DNA of 64,000 nucleotides from Planctomycetota bacterium (GTDB lineage Bacteria > Planctomycetota > SZUA-567 > H5-PLA8), in the NCBI GenBank assembly GCA_038227875.1, contig JBBRPR010000028.1:1-64000 (forward strand). Direction: 5' to 3'. This document shows positions 19,584 through 29,316 of this stretch, piece by piece (position 1 is the first letter of the stretch; the number at the start of each line of letters is the position of its first letter). The notes below the pieces were generated by a model. It worked only from the letters and a program-made list of their open reading frames with translations. It searched no databases and had not been told where the DNA came from. The translations under genes and the position numbers were made by a program.

Positions 19584-21554
19584 TCACTCCACGTCCTTCA
19601 CGCAACGGAATCCCAAATGCGCTTCACTGCATTCGGGCGGAATGTATTGGACGCTGGTGCAGCGCGCCAACTCGGTGGAACCGTCCAGGAAACACGCGCC
19701 TTTGACCGCGCGGAAAAGCCGTTCGCCGGCGCGGCGCGCGGTGCTGGTCCACTCTAGAACATTGCCGGCCATGTCGAGTACGCCAAACGGGCTGGCTCCG
19801 GCGGGAAAGCTGCCGACGGCCGAGGTGCGGCGGTCGCCCTCTCCGGCATTGGCGCGCAACTTTCCGCAACCACTCTTGAATGTATTGCCAAACGGGAATT
19901 TGCGCCCGTCGCTGCCGCGCGCGGCTTTCTCCCATTCGTACACCGTGGGCAGGCGCTTCTCGTAGTGTTCAGCGAATTCGTTTGCTTCGTACCATGTCAC
20001 GCCGGTGACGGGATGATTGTCGTAGCGCGGCGGCCGTGAGCCGGGACCATCGGTGCGCGGCTGCGCGCTGATTTCCATCAGGAAGCGCTTGTAGTCGCCT
20101 TCCGTCACGGGCGTCGTGTCCACGGCAAACGCGCGCAGCGTGCGGGGAATTTTTCGTTCTCCGGAGAGGAAACTGCCGCTGGCGATCAGCGTCATGCCGA
20201 TCGGCGCCACCACGGTCGCGGCCATTGCCGAAGAAACACCGGCGGAACGTTTGTAAATCGCAGTCGTCCCGCGTTTGCTCGGGCGTGAACCCGCAGATCC
20301 GCCGTCCCGCGGATTCACCACCGGCACGGGTGCTTCGCGGCCACAGCACGGACAGACCGGAGTTCCTGCTTCACCGCGCACCGGCGAAAAGCCGTTACCG
20401 CATCCGGCGCAGGGATTGTCGATTCGCGCCCAGGCCGCTTCGCTCAGTTTTTTCAGCCCGGAGAGCAACTTGCCGGGATACGGCAGCCGCCGCGACGCCC
20501 GCCGCGCCAGGCAGCGGCCGAGCAGATCGTTGAGTTCCTCCGGCACGTGCGTGGAGCTGGCGCAGCTCTGAAATTCCCGCGCCGGATCGCGCTTGCCCGA
20601 AGCCCACGCGGCAATCTCCGCCCACGCCGCTTCGTCCGGCAGCGCTGGAAGAATGCGAACGGCAGCCAGCACGGCGTCGGAGCCGCGGACGGCGCGCACG
20701 GCTTCCGTGCGCGCACAACCGATCAGAAACGCGCCGATGCGCGCGGCGCCGAAGATCAGCGCCGACGGCGACGTGCGCAATTCGGTGTAGAGTTCCGGCG
20801 CCAGAAAATCGCTCCACACTGACCACGCCGGCAGATGGGAGAAGTCGTCGTTTTCAGCCTCGGGGCTCAGCCCGCAGTTGAACATCACGCGGCCGTCGCC
20901 GGCGCGCATGCAGAGCATCTTCGGGTTGAGCAGCCGCGCGAGATTGCGCAGCAGTTCATCGCCGGCCATCGGGCGCGGAGAGACGGCGCTGATCATCGTC
21001 AACAGCGCGTCGAGTGAGCGCACCAGGTCCAGCAACGCGGGGAGCAGTTGCGCCGGCGTCAGCGGACCGACTTTGCGGACCAGGTCGTAAAGCGAGATGG
21101 CCTGCGGAGCGGCCACGATCGCGGCGCCGCCGTTGCCCGGGTCGCCGATCCATTCGACGTGGCCCAGCAGCGGCAGATTTTCGATCGACGACGACTGCCG
21201 GCGGCGGTGATCGTCTTCGATCAGCACGAGTTTGTGGCCGCGGGCGCGGCGCGACCGGCGTGCGGGGGCCTGCTGCTGCGGAGCCTTCAGGTGAAGCAGT
21301 TTTCCAGCCGCCGTCAACACCGAGGCCAGCGGATGCGTGGACCCGGCGTGGAGCGGCACGAGTAAAAATCGCGTCGGCGCGGGAACGTGCGCGGTGTGGA
21401 CGAGCGCGTGCGCGTGAGCAGGGGAGGGGGCAGGCGCCGGGGGATGTGTCGATACATTCAGCGGCGAAAGCCAGGCGCTTTCACAACCGCCCGCCGCCAC
21501 TTGATCGACTCGATACCGATCCCACAATTGATCGCCGGGTAGAAGTTGCATCAT
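19584..21554 (-). CDS. Degenerate Ser/Thr kinase-like domain, Zn ribbon and FGE-sulfatase (SUMF1) domain protein
   Basis: C-terminal HPVTGVTWYEA, RLPTVYEWEKAARG, DMAGNVLEW, GFRC; CAGC...CPCCG; kinase-like remnants FLAPEL and LLGRCL..R. Start chosen at ATG 21554. Confidence 0.85.
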   Translation of the reverse strand: MMQLLPGDQLWDRYRVDQVAAGGCESAWLSPLNVSTHPPAPAPSPAHAHALVHTAHVPAPTRFLLVPLHAGSTHPLASVLTAAGKLLHLKAPQQQAPARRSRRARGHKLVLIEDDHRRRQSSSIENLPLLGHVEWIGDPGNGGAAIVAAPQAISLYDLVRKVGPLTPAQLLPALLDLVRSLDALLTMISAVSPRPMAGDELLRNLARLLNPKMLCMRAGDGRVMFNCGLSPEAENDDFSHLPAWSVWSDFLAPELYTELRTSPSALIFGAARIGAFLIGCARTEAVRAVRGSDAVLAAVRILPALPDEAAWAEIAAWASGKRDPAREFQSCASSTHVPEELNDLLGRCLARRASRRLPYPGKLLSGLKKLSEAAWARIDNPCAGCGNGFSPVRGEAGTPVCPCCGREAPVPVVNPRDGGSAGSRPSKRGTTAIYKRSAGVSSAMAATVVAPIGMTLIASGSFLSGERKIPRTLRAFAVDTTPVTEGDYKRFLMEISAQPRTDGPGSRPPRYDNHPVTGVTWYEANEFAEHYEKRLPTVYEWEKAARGSDGRKFPFGNTFKSGCGKLRANAGEGDRRTSAVGSFPAGASPFGVLDMAGNVLEWTSTARRAGERLFRAVKGACFLDGSTELARCTSVQYIPPECSEAHLGFRCVKDVE

Positions 21555-21576
21555 AGACAGGATTTTATCAGCCAGC

Positions 21577-22506
21577 TCAAGGCGAAATGACCAGATTGGC
21601 GAACTTGATCGCGACGATCTCACGCGAGACGGTCAGGCTGTCGGCCAGTTTGCGATAAAAATCAGCTTCCTTCTGGGCGTTCAAGGCGACTTCCACGAAC
21701 GCCATCGACAGCACCTTGCGCTCTTCTGCATCCAGCACGCCGTCACCGTTCACGTCGAAGGACTTGATGCGCGTATTGGGAATCGAGGACGCCTGGTGTC
21801 CCGCGATGCGCGCTTCCGCCGCATCCTTGGGAATCAACTTCGCCGCATCAATTTCCGCTTCGGAAAGCAGGCCGTCATTGTTTGAATCAATCTGCTGAAA
21901 GAGCTTGGCCGAGGCGATCACGATCGCGCAGGCGTCGGAATATTCTTCGGCCGACAGTTTGCCATCGTTGTTGCGGTCGAGATGGGAGAGCGTTTCGACC
22001 ACGTCGTCGGCCAGCGCCTTGCGTTGCTTGCAGAGGTCCGCGGCGCGGCGGCAGGTTTCGATTTCCGGCACCTGGAATTCCAGTTTCACGCGGATCGTGG
22101 TCTGCTTGCTTTCCCGGCGCAGCAACTGCATGTCGTCGTAGGTGGCCAGTTTGGCCAGACGGCGCTGACGTTCCTTTTCCTTCGCCTTCTGAGCCTGATC
22201 TTCTTCCTGGACCTTCTTTTTCAGCTCATCGACTTCGGCGTCGGCCTTTACCTTTTTCTTGGCAATGAACTCGGAAACCCATTGTCCGGATTTGGTGGCT
22301 TCGGTGTCTTCCTTGCCGTCCGTACCTTTAAGCAGGAATTCGCGAGTGGGAATGCGAGGCAGTGCCATTTGAGCCAGCAGTTCCTGCACGCGCTGATCTT
22401 GAATGGCTTCCGCCTCTTCCCGGTCAGTGGCCGCCGATGCCGTCTGCGCCATCTGAGGCACAGTGAGCATCACGGCTGCAAACGCAACGAAGCTTCGAAG
22501 ATGCAT
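21577..22506 (-). CDS. Secreted EF-hand domain protein
   Basis: Signal peptide; loops DRNNDGKLSAEE, DSNNDGLLSEAE and DVNGDGVLDAEE; Lys/Glu-rich coiled-coil-like segment. Confidence 0.82.
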   Translation of the reverse strand: MHLRSFVAFAAVMLTVPQMAQTASAATDREEAEAIQDQRVQELLAQMALPRIPTREFLLKGTDGKEDTEATKSGQWVSEFIAKKKVKADAEVDELKKKVQEEDQAQKAKEKERQRRLAKLATYDDMQLLRRESKQTTIRVKLEFQVPEIETCRRAADLCKQRKALADDVVETLSHLDRNNDGKLSAEEYSDACAIVIASAKLFQQIDSNNDGLLSEAEIDAAKLIPKDAAEARIAGHQASSIPNTRIKSFDVNGDGVLDAEERKVLSMAFVEVALNAQKEADFYRKLADSLTVSREIVAIKFANLVISP

Positions 22507-22640
22507 GGTACCTTGGCCTCCGCGACCGAAAGGCGAACCGACAACGACGCTTAAGTCTCATGCATGTTCACAATCTGTCAAACTACAACCCGCAGCGTAA
22601 GGCAAAGATTTTGAGCACCTGTGCAGCGGGGACGGAAGGT

Positions 22641-22666
22641 CTGAGGGCCGAGGACTGAGGACTGAA
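22641..22666. repeat. Heptamer tandem repeat (GAGGACT)n
   Basis: ctgaggg-ccgagga-ctgagga-ctgaa. Confidence 0.55.
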
Positions 22667-22721
22667 CGTCGCGTCGTGTCGCTTCGCTTTGAAGAATGTC
22701 GCGCGTTCGCATTGTGCTCAA

Positions 22722-22751
22722 TTTCGTGGTTGCAAATTTGCAACCACGAAA
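22722..22751. repeat. 30-bp perfect palindrome
   Basis: TTTCGTGGTTGCAAATTTGCAACCACGAAA. Confidence 0.8.
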
Positions 22752-22781
22752 AACCACATCAGCTCGGTTGGGTTGGCAAAC

Positions 22782-22811
22782 AAAAACTCCCCGCGTAAGC
22801 GGGGAGTTTTT
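22782..22811 (-). terminator. Rho-independent terminator (potentially bidirectional)
   Basis: AAAAACTCCCCGC-gtaa-GCGGGGAGTTTTT, 25 bp after the stop of the heme-binding gene. Confidence 0.85.
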
Positions 22812-22836
22812 GGTCCTCAAGTCCTTAGCCCTTCTT

Positions 22837-23841
22837 TTATTTCTTCACGAGCTTGTTGAACGCTTCGACGGCGGCCTTCGCCACTTCGTCGTCGCGGCCG
22901 ACGGTGTCGCCGCTCACGCCGACAGCGCCGACGCAGTTGCCCTTGGCGTCAAACAGCGGCTGACCGCCCGGGAAGCTGATCAGACCGTCGTTCGAGAATT
23001 CGATGCCGTAGAGCGGGCCCTTGTCCTTCAGTTCCGGGCGGGAGAGATCGCCAATCACGCTCGACGGAAGCTTGAACAAACGTGCGGTCTTCGCCTTCTT
23101 CGTGGCGATGTCGTCGCTGCCCGGCCAGGCGTCGTCGGCTTGGGTGGCGTAGAGCAGCGTGCCTTCGGCGCCGATCACGTGGATGTGCATCTTTGTTTTC
23201 TTGCCGGTGTAGATCGGGCTTTCCAGCTCCAGCGCTTTCTTCGCGGCAGCTTCGGCGATTTCCGCCGCGGCGACCTGCGTGATGGACGGCAGGTCGGCGG
23301 TGGCGTTCTTCAGCGCCTTGAACGCATCGACGCCGGCCTGCGCAACCTTCTCGTCCATGTCGACGGTGTCGCCGCTGACGCCGATGGCGCCGACGAGTTC
23401 ATCGTTTTCGAAAATCGGCAGTCCGCCGGGGAACGTGATCAGTCCGCCGTTGGAATGTTCGATGCCGTAGAGCGGACCCTTGTCCTTCAGTTCCGGGCGG
23501 GAGAGTTCGCCGATGGTGCGCGTCGGGAGCTTGAAGAGGAACGCCGTCTTCGCCTTGCGCGTGGCGATGTCGTCGCTGCCCGGCCATGCGCCGAGCGCCT
23601 GGCTGGCGGCCATCAACGTCGCTTCGCGGCCAATGACATGGATGTGCATCTTCAGCTTCTGGCCCTTATAGATGGGGCTTTCGAGCTTCGAAGCGGCATC
23701 CTTGGCGGCGGCGACAATGGCTTCGGCCGATTCTTGAGTCAGCGTCTTGTACGCCGAAAGCGGTTCGGCGGCCAACGCGGTGGAGCGGACCGCCGTGACC
23801 AACAGCAGCGCCGCGAACAGGGAACAGACTTTCTTCATCAT
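22837..23841 (-). CDS. Secreted protein with two tandem GlcG/HbpS (haem-degrading family) domains
   Basis: Signal peptide; two near-identical repeats with IATxKAKTA and FPGGxPxF...VGAxGVSG....D; purine-rich RBS before ATG 23841. Confidence 0.88.
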   Translation of the reverse strand: MMKKVCSLFAALLLVTAVRSTALAAEPLSAYKTLTQESAEAIVAAAKDAASKLESPIYKGQKLKMHIHVIGREATLMAASQALGAWPGSDDIATRKAKTAFLFKLPTRTIGELSRPELKDKGPLYGIEHSNGGLITFPGGLPIFENDELVGAIGVSGDTVDMDEKVAQAGVDAFKALKNATADLPSITQVAAAEIAEAAAKKALELESPIYTGKKTKMHIHVIGAEGTLLYATQADDAWPGSDDIATKKAKTARLFKLPSSVIGDLSRPELKDKGPLYGIEFSNDGLISFPGGQPLFDAKGNCVGAVGVSGDTVGRDDEVAKAAVEAFNKLVKK

Positions 23842-23944
23842 CGTGCTTCCTTTCCAAAAATGGATTGTGGGTGAATGAGGTGGAGAGTTTGCGTGAGTCG
23901 CAGGGAAAGTCAATTTCCGTTCGGACGCCACGCGTCAATAGAAA

Positions 23945-24016
23945 CCGGTGGTTTCGGTTTGCGAAACCACCGGCGTTTTGGTGGGTTTTAACCAGGGCAC
24001 CAATTGGTGCCCTGGT
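23945..24016. terminator. Two hairpins downstream of the Mrp gene
   Basis: CCGGTGGTTTCG-gtttg-CGAAACCACCGG (23945-23973) and the perfect palindrome ACCAGGGCACCAATTGGTGCCCTGGT (23991-24016). Confidence 0.6.
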
Positions 24017-24027
24017 CAAACCAAGCA

Positions 24028-25389
24028 TTAAACAACCTTGCCCAGCGCTCGCAGCGTATCGTGCACGTAAATGCCCGACGAATGTCCGTCGCTGAAAATC
24101 AGGTTCAGACCGTAGCGGCCCACCGCGCGCGATTCCACCAGCTTGATGTCGGCTGGCACGTCCTTGTCTTCCAGGATCTGCTCGCCGGTCATTTCGTTCT
24201 TGCAGGCGGCGCACGGACAGGCCAGGCGCAGCTTGCGGACGTCGTAGAGCATCACCGTGCCGTCGTCCCAAACAATCTTCGAGGGGACCTTGTCGAGCTG
24301 CACGTCCTTCGGGCGGTTCTTCACTTCGCTTTCGCGGGTGTTGGTGATCGAGACCTGAGCCGCGAGCGTCTTGGCGATCTTCATGAACGCCTTCGCGCCG
24401 GGGCTTTCGCGGTCCAGTGAGACTAGCGGCTTGCCCATGTCGCCAGCTTCCACCATCCGCGCATCCAGCGGTACCGAACCGAGAAACGGCACGGCCATGT
24501 CCTTCGCCGTCCGTTCGCCGCCACCGGTGCTGAAGATATTGTGAACCGTATTGCAGTTTGAGCAGATGAAGCCGGCCATGTTTTCAATGATGCCCAGGAT
24601 CGGCACGTTCACCGTCTGGAACATGCGCAGGCCGCGCCGCGCGATTTTCAACGCGACGTCCTGCGGAGTGGTGACGATCACCGCGCCATTGATCGGCGCC
24701 GACTGCGCCAGCGTCAGCTGCACGTCGCCGGTGCCGGGCGGCAGATCCATCAAGAGGTAATCCAACTCGCCCCATTCCACCGCGCCGAGGAACTGTTGCA
24801 GCATGCGGCTGGCGATCGGGCCGCGCCAGATGGCCGGCGCGTCTTCGCCAATCAGCATCGCCACGGACATGATCTTGATGCCAAACGCCTGCGGCGGAAT
24901 GGCGCGGCCATCAGCGTTGGCCTGAGGCCGTTCGATGGTGCCGAGCATCTGCGGGATGCTGGGGCCGTAGATGTCGGCATCGAGAATACCGACCTTCGCT
25001 CCGGTCGCCGCGAGCGCCAGGGCGAGATTGACGGTCGCCGTCGACTTGCCCACACCGCCCTTGCCTGAAGCGATCGCGAGCACATTCTTCACGCCCTTCA
25101 ACGCATCGCTGGCCGGGGCCGCGCGTCCGAGCGTCTGCGCGGTCATGTTCACGTTCACGGCCGTCACGCCGGGAATCGCCGCGACGACATCGTGCGCCTG
25201 CTGCTTGAGCAGGTCCTTGACGGGGCAGGCCGGCGTGGTCAATTCCACATCGAACCCGATCGCGCCGCCGCAAATCTTCAATTGTTTGACGAACCCGAGC
25301 GTCACGATGTCCTTGTTCAAATCCGGGTCGTTGACCTGCCGGAGCGCTTTCAGCACCTGCGCTTCCGTAACTACTGCTACTTCTGCCAT
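24028..25389 (-). CDS. mrp: Mrp/ApbC (NBP35) Fe-S cluster carrier ATPase with an N-terminal DUF59-like and a C-terminal DUF971-like domain
   Basis: LTTPACP, SGKGGVGKST, DADIYGPS, DLPPGTGD, VTTPQ, ENM..FICSNC; C-terminal LRLACPCAAC...VGRYGL...FSDGHSSGIY. Confidence 0.93.
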   Translation of the reverse strand: MAEVAVVTEAQVLKALRQVNDPDLNKDIVTLGFVKQLKICGGAIGFDVELTTPACPVKDLLKQQAHDVVAAIPGVTAVNVNMTAQTLGRAAPASDALKGVKNVLAIASGKGGVGKSTATVNLALALAATGAKVGILDADIYGPSIPQMLGTIERPQANADGRAIPPQAFGIKIMSVAMLIGEDAPAIWRGPIASRMLQQFLGAVEWGELDYLLMDLPPGTGDVQLTLAQSAPINGAVIVTTPQDVALKIARRGLRMFQTVNVPILGIIENMAGFICSNCNTVHNIFSTGGGERTAKDMAVPFLGSVPLDARMVEAGDMGKPLVSLDRESPGAKAFMKIAKTLAAQVSITNTRESEVKNRPKDVQLDKVPSKIVWDDGTVMLYDVRKLRLACPCAACKNEMTGEQILEDKDVPADIKLVESRAVGRYGLNLIFSDGHSSGIYVHDTLRALGKVV

Positions 25390-25485
25390 TCGTATTATCC
25401 TTTGTCTGGTCGTGGTGAGCACGTGGCTTAATACTCCCTATCATACGGAACCGGGGAAGACGTGCGAGTGTCGAATGGCGTTGCT

Positions 25486-25670
25486 GTTTGTAGTCCGGGC
25501 GGCTCGCCCGGTCTGACCTCACCAAACAAAGAAAAGATGAACTTTCGATTGGCGCATGCTCTATTGCGAAGCAAACGGATGTTGCTTCGCAAGAGAGCAA
25601 AGTCATCGATCGAATTCACCGGATCCGCGTGTGGCGAGGTTAGACCGGGCGAGCCGCCCGGACTACAAAC
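25486..25670. repeat. REPIN/MITE-like element: two inverted GTAG-type REPs with an internal hairpin
   Basis: GTTTGTAGTCCGGGCGGCTCGCCCGGTCTGACCTCACCA (25486-25524), near-perfect inverse at 25632-25670, and inner TTGCGAAGCAA-7nt-TTGCTTCGCAA. Confidence 0.85.
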
Positions 25671-25832
25671 GGCACGGTCGCTCCGCGGAAACAATGCAAC
25701 CGACGTGGCTCAGACCGTGCTTAGCTCATATATCACAATCTTCCGTAACTACTCGTCGGCGCTTCCCAAAACTTCCGCGCAGGGGTAGAGTCGCTCTCCC
25801 CGCGTGGCGGCCGCCACGCTTATGTCAACTCA

Positions 25833-27317
25833 ATGGAGACACCTGCCATGCCATCCGCTACCGCAGCCGACAATAAGGTGAAGATCAGCGCGACGAAGCT
25901 GCTGATCAACAACAAGTGGGTCGACAGCGCGTCGGGCAAGCGCTTCAAAACCGTCAATCCCTCCGATGGCGAAGTGATCTGCGAAGTCGCCGAGGCCGAC
26001 AAGGCCGACGTCGATCTTGCCGTCGCCGCCGCGCGTACCGCGTTCAACGGCGAGTGGTCGAAGATCTCCGCCGCTCAGCGCGGCAACCTGATGTACAAGC
26101 TCGCCGACCTGATCGAGAAGAACATGGAGGAACTCGCGCGCCTGGAGAGCCTCGACAACGGCAAGCCGTTGCGCGATTCCATGGCCGCCGACCTGCCGCT
26201 GACCATCGCCTGCTACCGCTACTACGCCGGCTGGACCGACAAGATCCAAGGCAAGACCATCCCGATCAACGGGAACTTTTTTTGCTACACGCGCCACGAA
26301 CCGGTGGGCGTCGTCGGTCAGATCATTCCGTGGAATTTCCCGCTGCTGATGCAGGCCTGGAAACTCGGACCGGCGCTGGCCGCCGGTTGTTGCGTGGTGA
26401 TGAAGCCGGCCGAGCAGACGCCACTCTCCGCGCTGCGCATCGGCGAACTGATTGTCGAAGCCGGATTCCCGCCGGGCGTCGTCAACATCCTGCCGGGTTT
26501 CGGTCCAACCGCCGGCGCGGCGATCGCGTCGCACAAGGACATCGACAAGGTTGCCTTCACCGGATCGACGGAAGTCGGCCACCTGATCATGGAAGCCGCG
26601 GCCAAGAGCAACCTCAAGCGCGTCACGTTGGAGCTTGGCGGCAAGAGCCCCAACATTGTTTTCGCCGACGCCAATCTCGACCAGGCCATCGAAGGTTCCC
26701 ACTTCGCGCTGTTCTTCAACCAGGGCCAGTGCTGCTGTGCCGGTTCACGGTTGTTTGTTGAAGAGAAGATTTACGATGACTTTGTCGAAAAGAGCGTCAA
26801 GCGCGCCAAGAGCCGCGTGGTGGGCAATCCGTTCGACCTGAAGACCGAGCAGGGACCGCAGGTCGATCACGACCAGTTCGAAAAAGTGATGGGCTATATC
26901 GAGGCCGGAAAGAAAGACGGCGCGAAGATGCTCTGCGGCGGCGGGCGCTCGGGCAAGGCCGGCTACTTCATCGAACCCACGGTTTTCGCCGACGTGAAAG
27001 ACGAGATGAAAATCGCGCGCGAAGAAATTTTCGGACCGGTGATGAGCATCATCAAGTTCAAGAGCATCGACGAAGTGGTCCAGCGCGCCAACGCGACGGC
27101 ATACGGCCTGGCCGCGGCGGTATGGACCAAGGACATCAGCAAAGCGCTGGCGATCTCCAACCGCGTCCGCGCGGGCACGGTCTGGGTGAACTGCTACGAC
27201 GTCTTCGACGCCGCAGCGCCGTTCGGTGGCTTCAAGCAGTCAGGCATCGGCCGCGAGCTCGGCGAATACGGTTTGCAGAATTACATCGAAGTGAAGACGG
27301 TCACGGTAGCATTGTAA
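25833..27317 (+). CDS. NAD-dependent aldehyde dehydrogenase (ALDH1/2-like)
   Basis: [30 protein letters not shown], catalytic [29 protein letters not shown]. Confidence 0.96.
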   Translation: METPAMPSATAADNKVKISATKLLINNKWVDSASGKRFKTVNPSDGEVICEVAEADKADVDLAVAAARTAFNGEWSKISAAQRGNLMYKLADLIEKNMEELARLESLDNGKPLRDSMAADLPLTIACYRYYAGWTDKIQGKTIPINGNFFCYTRHEPVGVVGQIIPWNFPLLMQAWKLGPALAAGCCVVMKPAEQTPLSALRIGELIVEAGFPPGVVNILPGFGPTAGAAIASHKDIDKVAFTGSTEVGHLIMEAAAKSNLKRVTLELGGKSPNIVFADANLDQAIEGSHFALFFNQGQCCCAGSRLFVEEKIYDDFVEKSVKRAKSRVVGNPFDLKTEQGPQVDHDQFEKVMGYIEAGKKDGAKMLCGGGRSGKAGYFIEPTVFADVKDEMKIAREEIFGPVMSIIKFKSIDEVVQRANATAYGLAAAVWTKDISKALAISNRVRAGTVWVNCYDVFDAAAPFGGFKQSGIGRELGEYGLQNYIEVKTVTVAL

Positions 27318-27342
27318 GCACAAACCATGTCACTTTTGCGTG

Positions 27343-27375
27343 AGAGGGCGGGCTGAAAAGCCCGCCCTCTTTTTT
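27343..27375 (+). terminator. Rho-independent terminator of the aldehyde dehydrogenase gene
   Basis: AGAGGGCGGGCT-gaaa-AGCCCGCCCTCT followed by a T-tract. Confidence 0.9.
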
Positions 27376-27382
27376 GTGCGAA

Positions 27383-27544
27383 TGGTGCCACGGATGCGCA
27401 GACACTTGAGCGTAGCGAAAGTGGCTGTTCATCCGTGCGGCGCGCGCTTTCCCGGACGCGCGAGCATGCGCGAATGGCTACGCCCAACGCACGGATGAAC
27501 GAATTTCTTCGCTCTGCTCAGAAATTCGCGCATCCGTGGCACCA
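27383..27544. repeat. Inverted pair of the palindromic REP-like element (copy 2 on minus at 27383-27439, copy 3 on plus at 27486-27544)
   Basis: Both carry the CACGGATG...CATCCGTG outer stem, the GCACCA tail and a CGCT-containing loop; located between convergent genes. Confidence 0.85.
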
Positions 27545-27552
27545 AGTCTGCA

Positions 27553-29277
27553 TTAACCCTTGATTCCAGAAAATGCCAACCCCTGAATAAAGTGTCGTTG
27601 CGCGACGAAGAAGAGCGCGATGACCGGCAGTGTCATCAGTAGACTTGCCGCCATCAGCATGCCTTGATTTCCACCCGCGACTGTTTGGAAGGCGAAGAGG
27701 CCCAGCGAGAGCGGGTATTTGCTCTGATCGCTTAAAAACATCAGCGGACCCATAAAGTCGTTCCACGTGCCCATGAAGGTGAAGATGCCGATCGCGGCGA
27801 GGGTGGGGCGGACCAACGGGAGAATCACGTTCCAGTAAATCTGCCAGTAGTTGCAGCCGTCGATTTTTGCGGCGTCTTCCAGATCCTTCGGGATCCCTTT
27901 CATGAATTCGCGCAGCATGAAAATGAAGAAGACGCTGCCGAAGGCGTGCCCCACCCAGAGCGGCTTGAGCGTGTTGAACCAGCCGAGCCACTTGATGATC
28001 AGGAACGTCGGGATCAGCGTCACCTGGCCGGGAATCATCACGGTAGCCAGCAGCAGCGCCCAGCAGTAATTCCGCCCCGGCCAGTTCAGCCGCGCGAATG
28101 CGTAAGCGACCAGTGAACTCGAGAAGATGCTCAGGAAAATATTGATGCACACCAGGAACAGGCTGGTCAGCACGTAGCGCCAGAACGGAATGTAGTGCAG
28201 CGCCTGCCGGTAATTGTACGTGAACTTGTCCCAGGTTTTAGTCCAGCCGGAGGTGTTCTCGACCATCACGGTCAGGTATACGCGGCCTTTGGTGTTGAAC
28301 TTTCCAGCCGTTTCACGAGTCGTGATCCAATCACGGATGAGCAGGTCGTTGTCGTCGTCGGGGCTGGGGAGTTGGAAGAAAACCTCGCCGTAGCGTTTGC
28401 CGAAGAGCAGGTATGGCGTTTTCGATTCGTAACGCTTGCCGTCCACTTCCAGCACGGTCCAGAGTCGGTTCCACGAGGCGTCACCCTTCAAGCGCAGCGA
28501 GAACGTCTTCAAACTCGCGGTATTCTCGAAAGGCAATTCGGTCTCCATGCCGATGAAACCGCCGGCCTCCTTGAAGTCGTAGTGAAGTTCCGTATCGATG
28601 CGGCCTTTCTGCGTCCGGCGGGAAAGCGTCGCGGCTTCAACGGCTTCCGAGATGACCCAGTTGGCGTCGACAGGGTCCGTCGCGCCGGGGATGTTTGCAC
28701 CGACTCGCAGAAGCACGCCCGACTCTCCCGCCGCGCGCAGCGAGACGGTGCCGATGTCGATGGCGCGGAAAATCCGCGTAAGCGATTTGTCGACCTGGTC
28801 GGCGTCGGCAAAGCGCGCGATTTCGGCCGGCAAAGCTGCGGCGGTGAATTTGTCATCTGGGATCTTTCCGGCGATGTCCTGCCACAGCGCCGCCGTCAGC
28901 AGTGCACGGCCGGCGGCCTCCGGCGTCGTTCCGAATTGATCGGCGGGCACGGCGTTGACGACGGGCGCGAGCGCCGGGGCGATCAGCGCTTCGACGGCGC
29001 GCCAGGCTTCTGGGTTGACGCCATCGGGTTTGGTCAGCGCGGTGCCGCCGCGCGAATCGATGTATGGACTTTGGGGGCAAGACGGCGGCAAGCGCGGCAC
29101 CCAGACCACGTCCTTTTGAACCTGCTCGTCGTCCTCTTTCAAGCTCGTCGAAATCATGTACGCGAACGGAATCGAAAACATCACCGCGCCGCTGATCAGC
29201 GCGCCGTAGATTCCCAACCGATACGCATTACGCGAAAACCGCGTCCCATATTCCTGCACAAAGACTCTCCGAAGCAA
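27553..29277 (-). CDS. Carbohydrate ABC transporter permease (MalG-like) with a large extracytoplasmic insertion
   Basis: PFAYMISTSLK, EAA-like DLEDAAKIDG, WNDFMGPL, QRHFIQG; about 300 aa soluble insert after TM1. Start uncertain. Confidence 0.9.
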   Translation of the reverse strand: MLRRVFVQEYGTRFSRNAYRLGIYGALISGAVMFSIPFAYMISTSLKEDDEQVQKDVVWVPRLPPSCPQSPYIDSRGGTALTKPDGVNPEAWRAVEALIAPALAPVVNAVPADQFGTTPEAAGRALLTAALWQDIAGKIPDDKFTAAALPAEIARFADADQVDKSLTRIFRAIDIGTVSLRAAGESGVLLRVGANIPGATDPVDANWVISEAVEAATLSRRTQKGRIDTELHYDFKEAGGFIGMETELPFENTASLKTFSLRLKGDASWNRLWTVLEVDGKRYESKTPYLLFGKRYGEVFFQLPSPDDDNDLLIRDWITTRETAGKFNTKGRVYLTVMVENTSGWTKTWDKFTYNYRQALHYIPFWRYVLTSLFLVCINIFLSIFSSSLVAYAFARLNWPGRNYCWALLLATVMIPGQVTLIPTFLIIKWLGWFNTLKPLWVGHAFGSVFFIFMLREFMKGIPKDLEDAAKIDGCNYWQIYWNVILPLVRPTLAAIGIFTFMGTWNDFMGPLMFLSDQSKYPLSLGLFAFQTVAGGNQGMLMAASLLMTLPVIALFFVAQRHFIQGLAFSGIKG

Positions 29278-29316
29278 AATTCAAAATTAGGAATTCAACA
29301 TTAAAAATTACACGCA

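Noticed and set aside
22722..22751. Palindrome containing the GGTTGCA/TGCAACC half-sites as a second ArsR operator
   Set aside because: The half-sites are in the opposite order to the operator at 5214-5233; kept only as an AATT-centred palindrome.
25428..25876. Short ORFs across the REPIN-like region
   Set aside because: They are translations of the inverted repeats (the same peptide appears on both strands) with no coding evidence.
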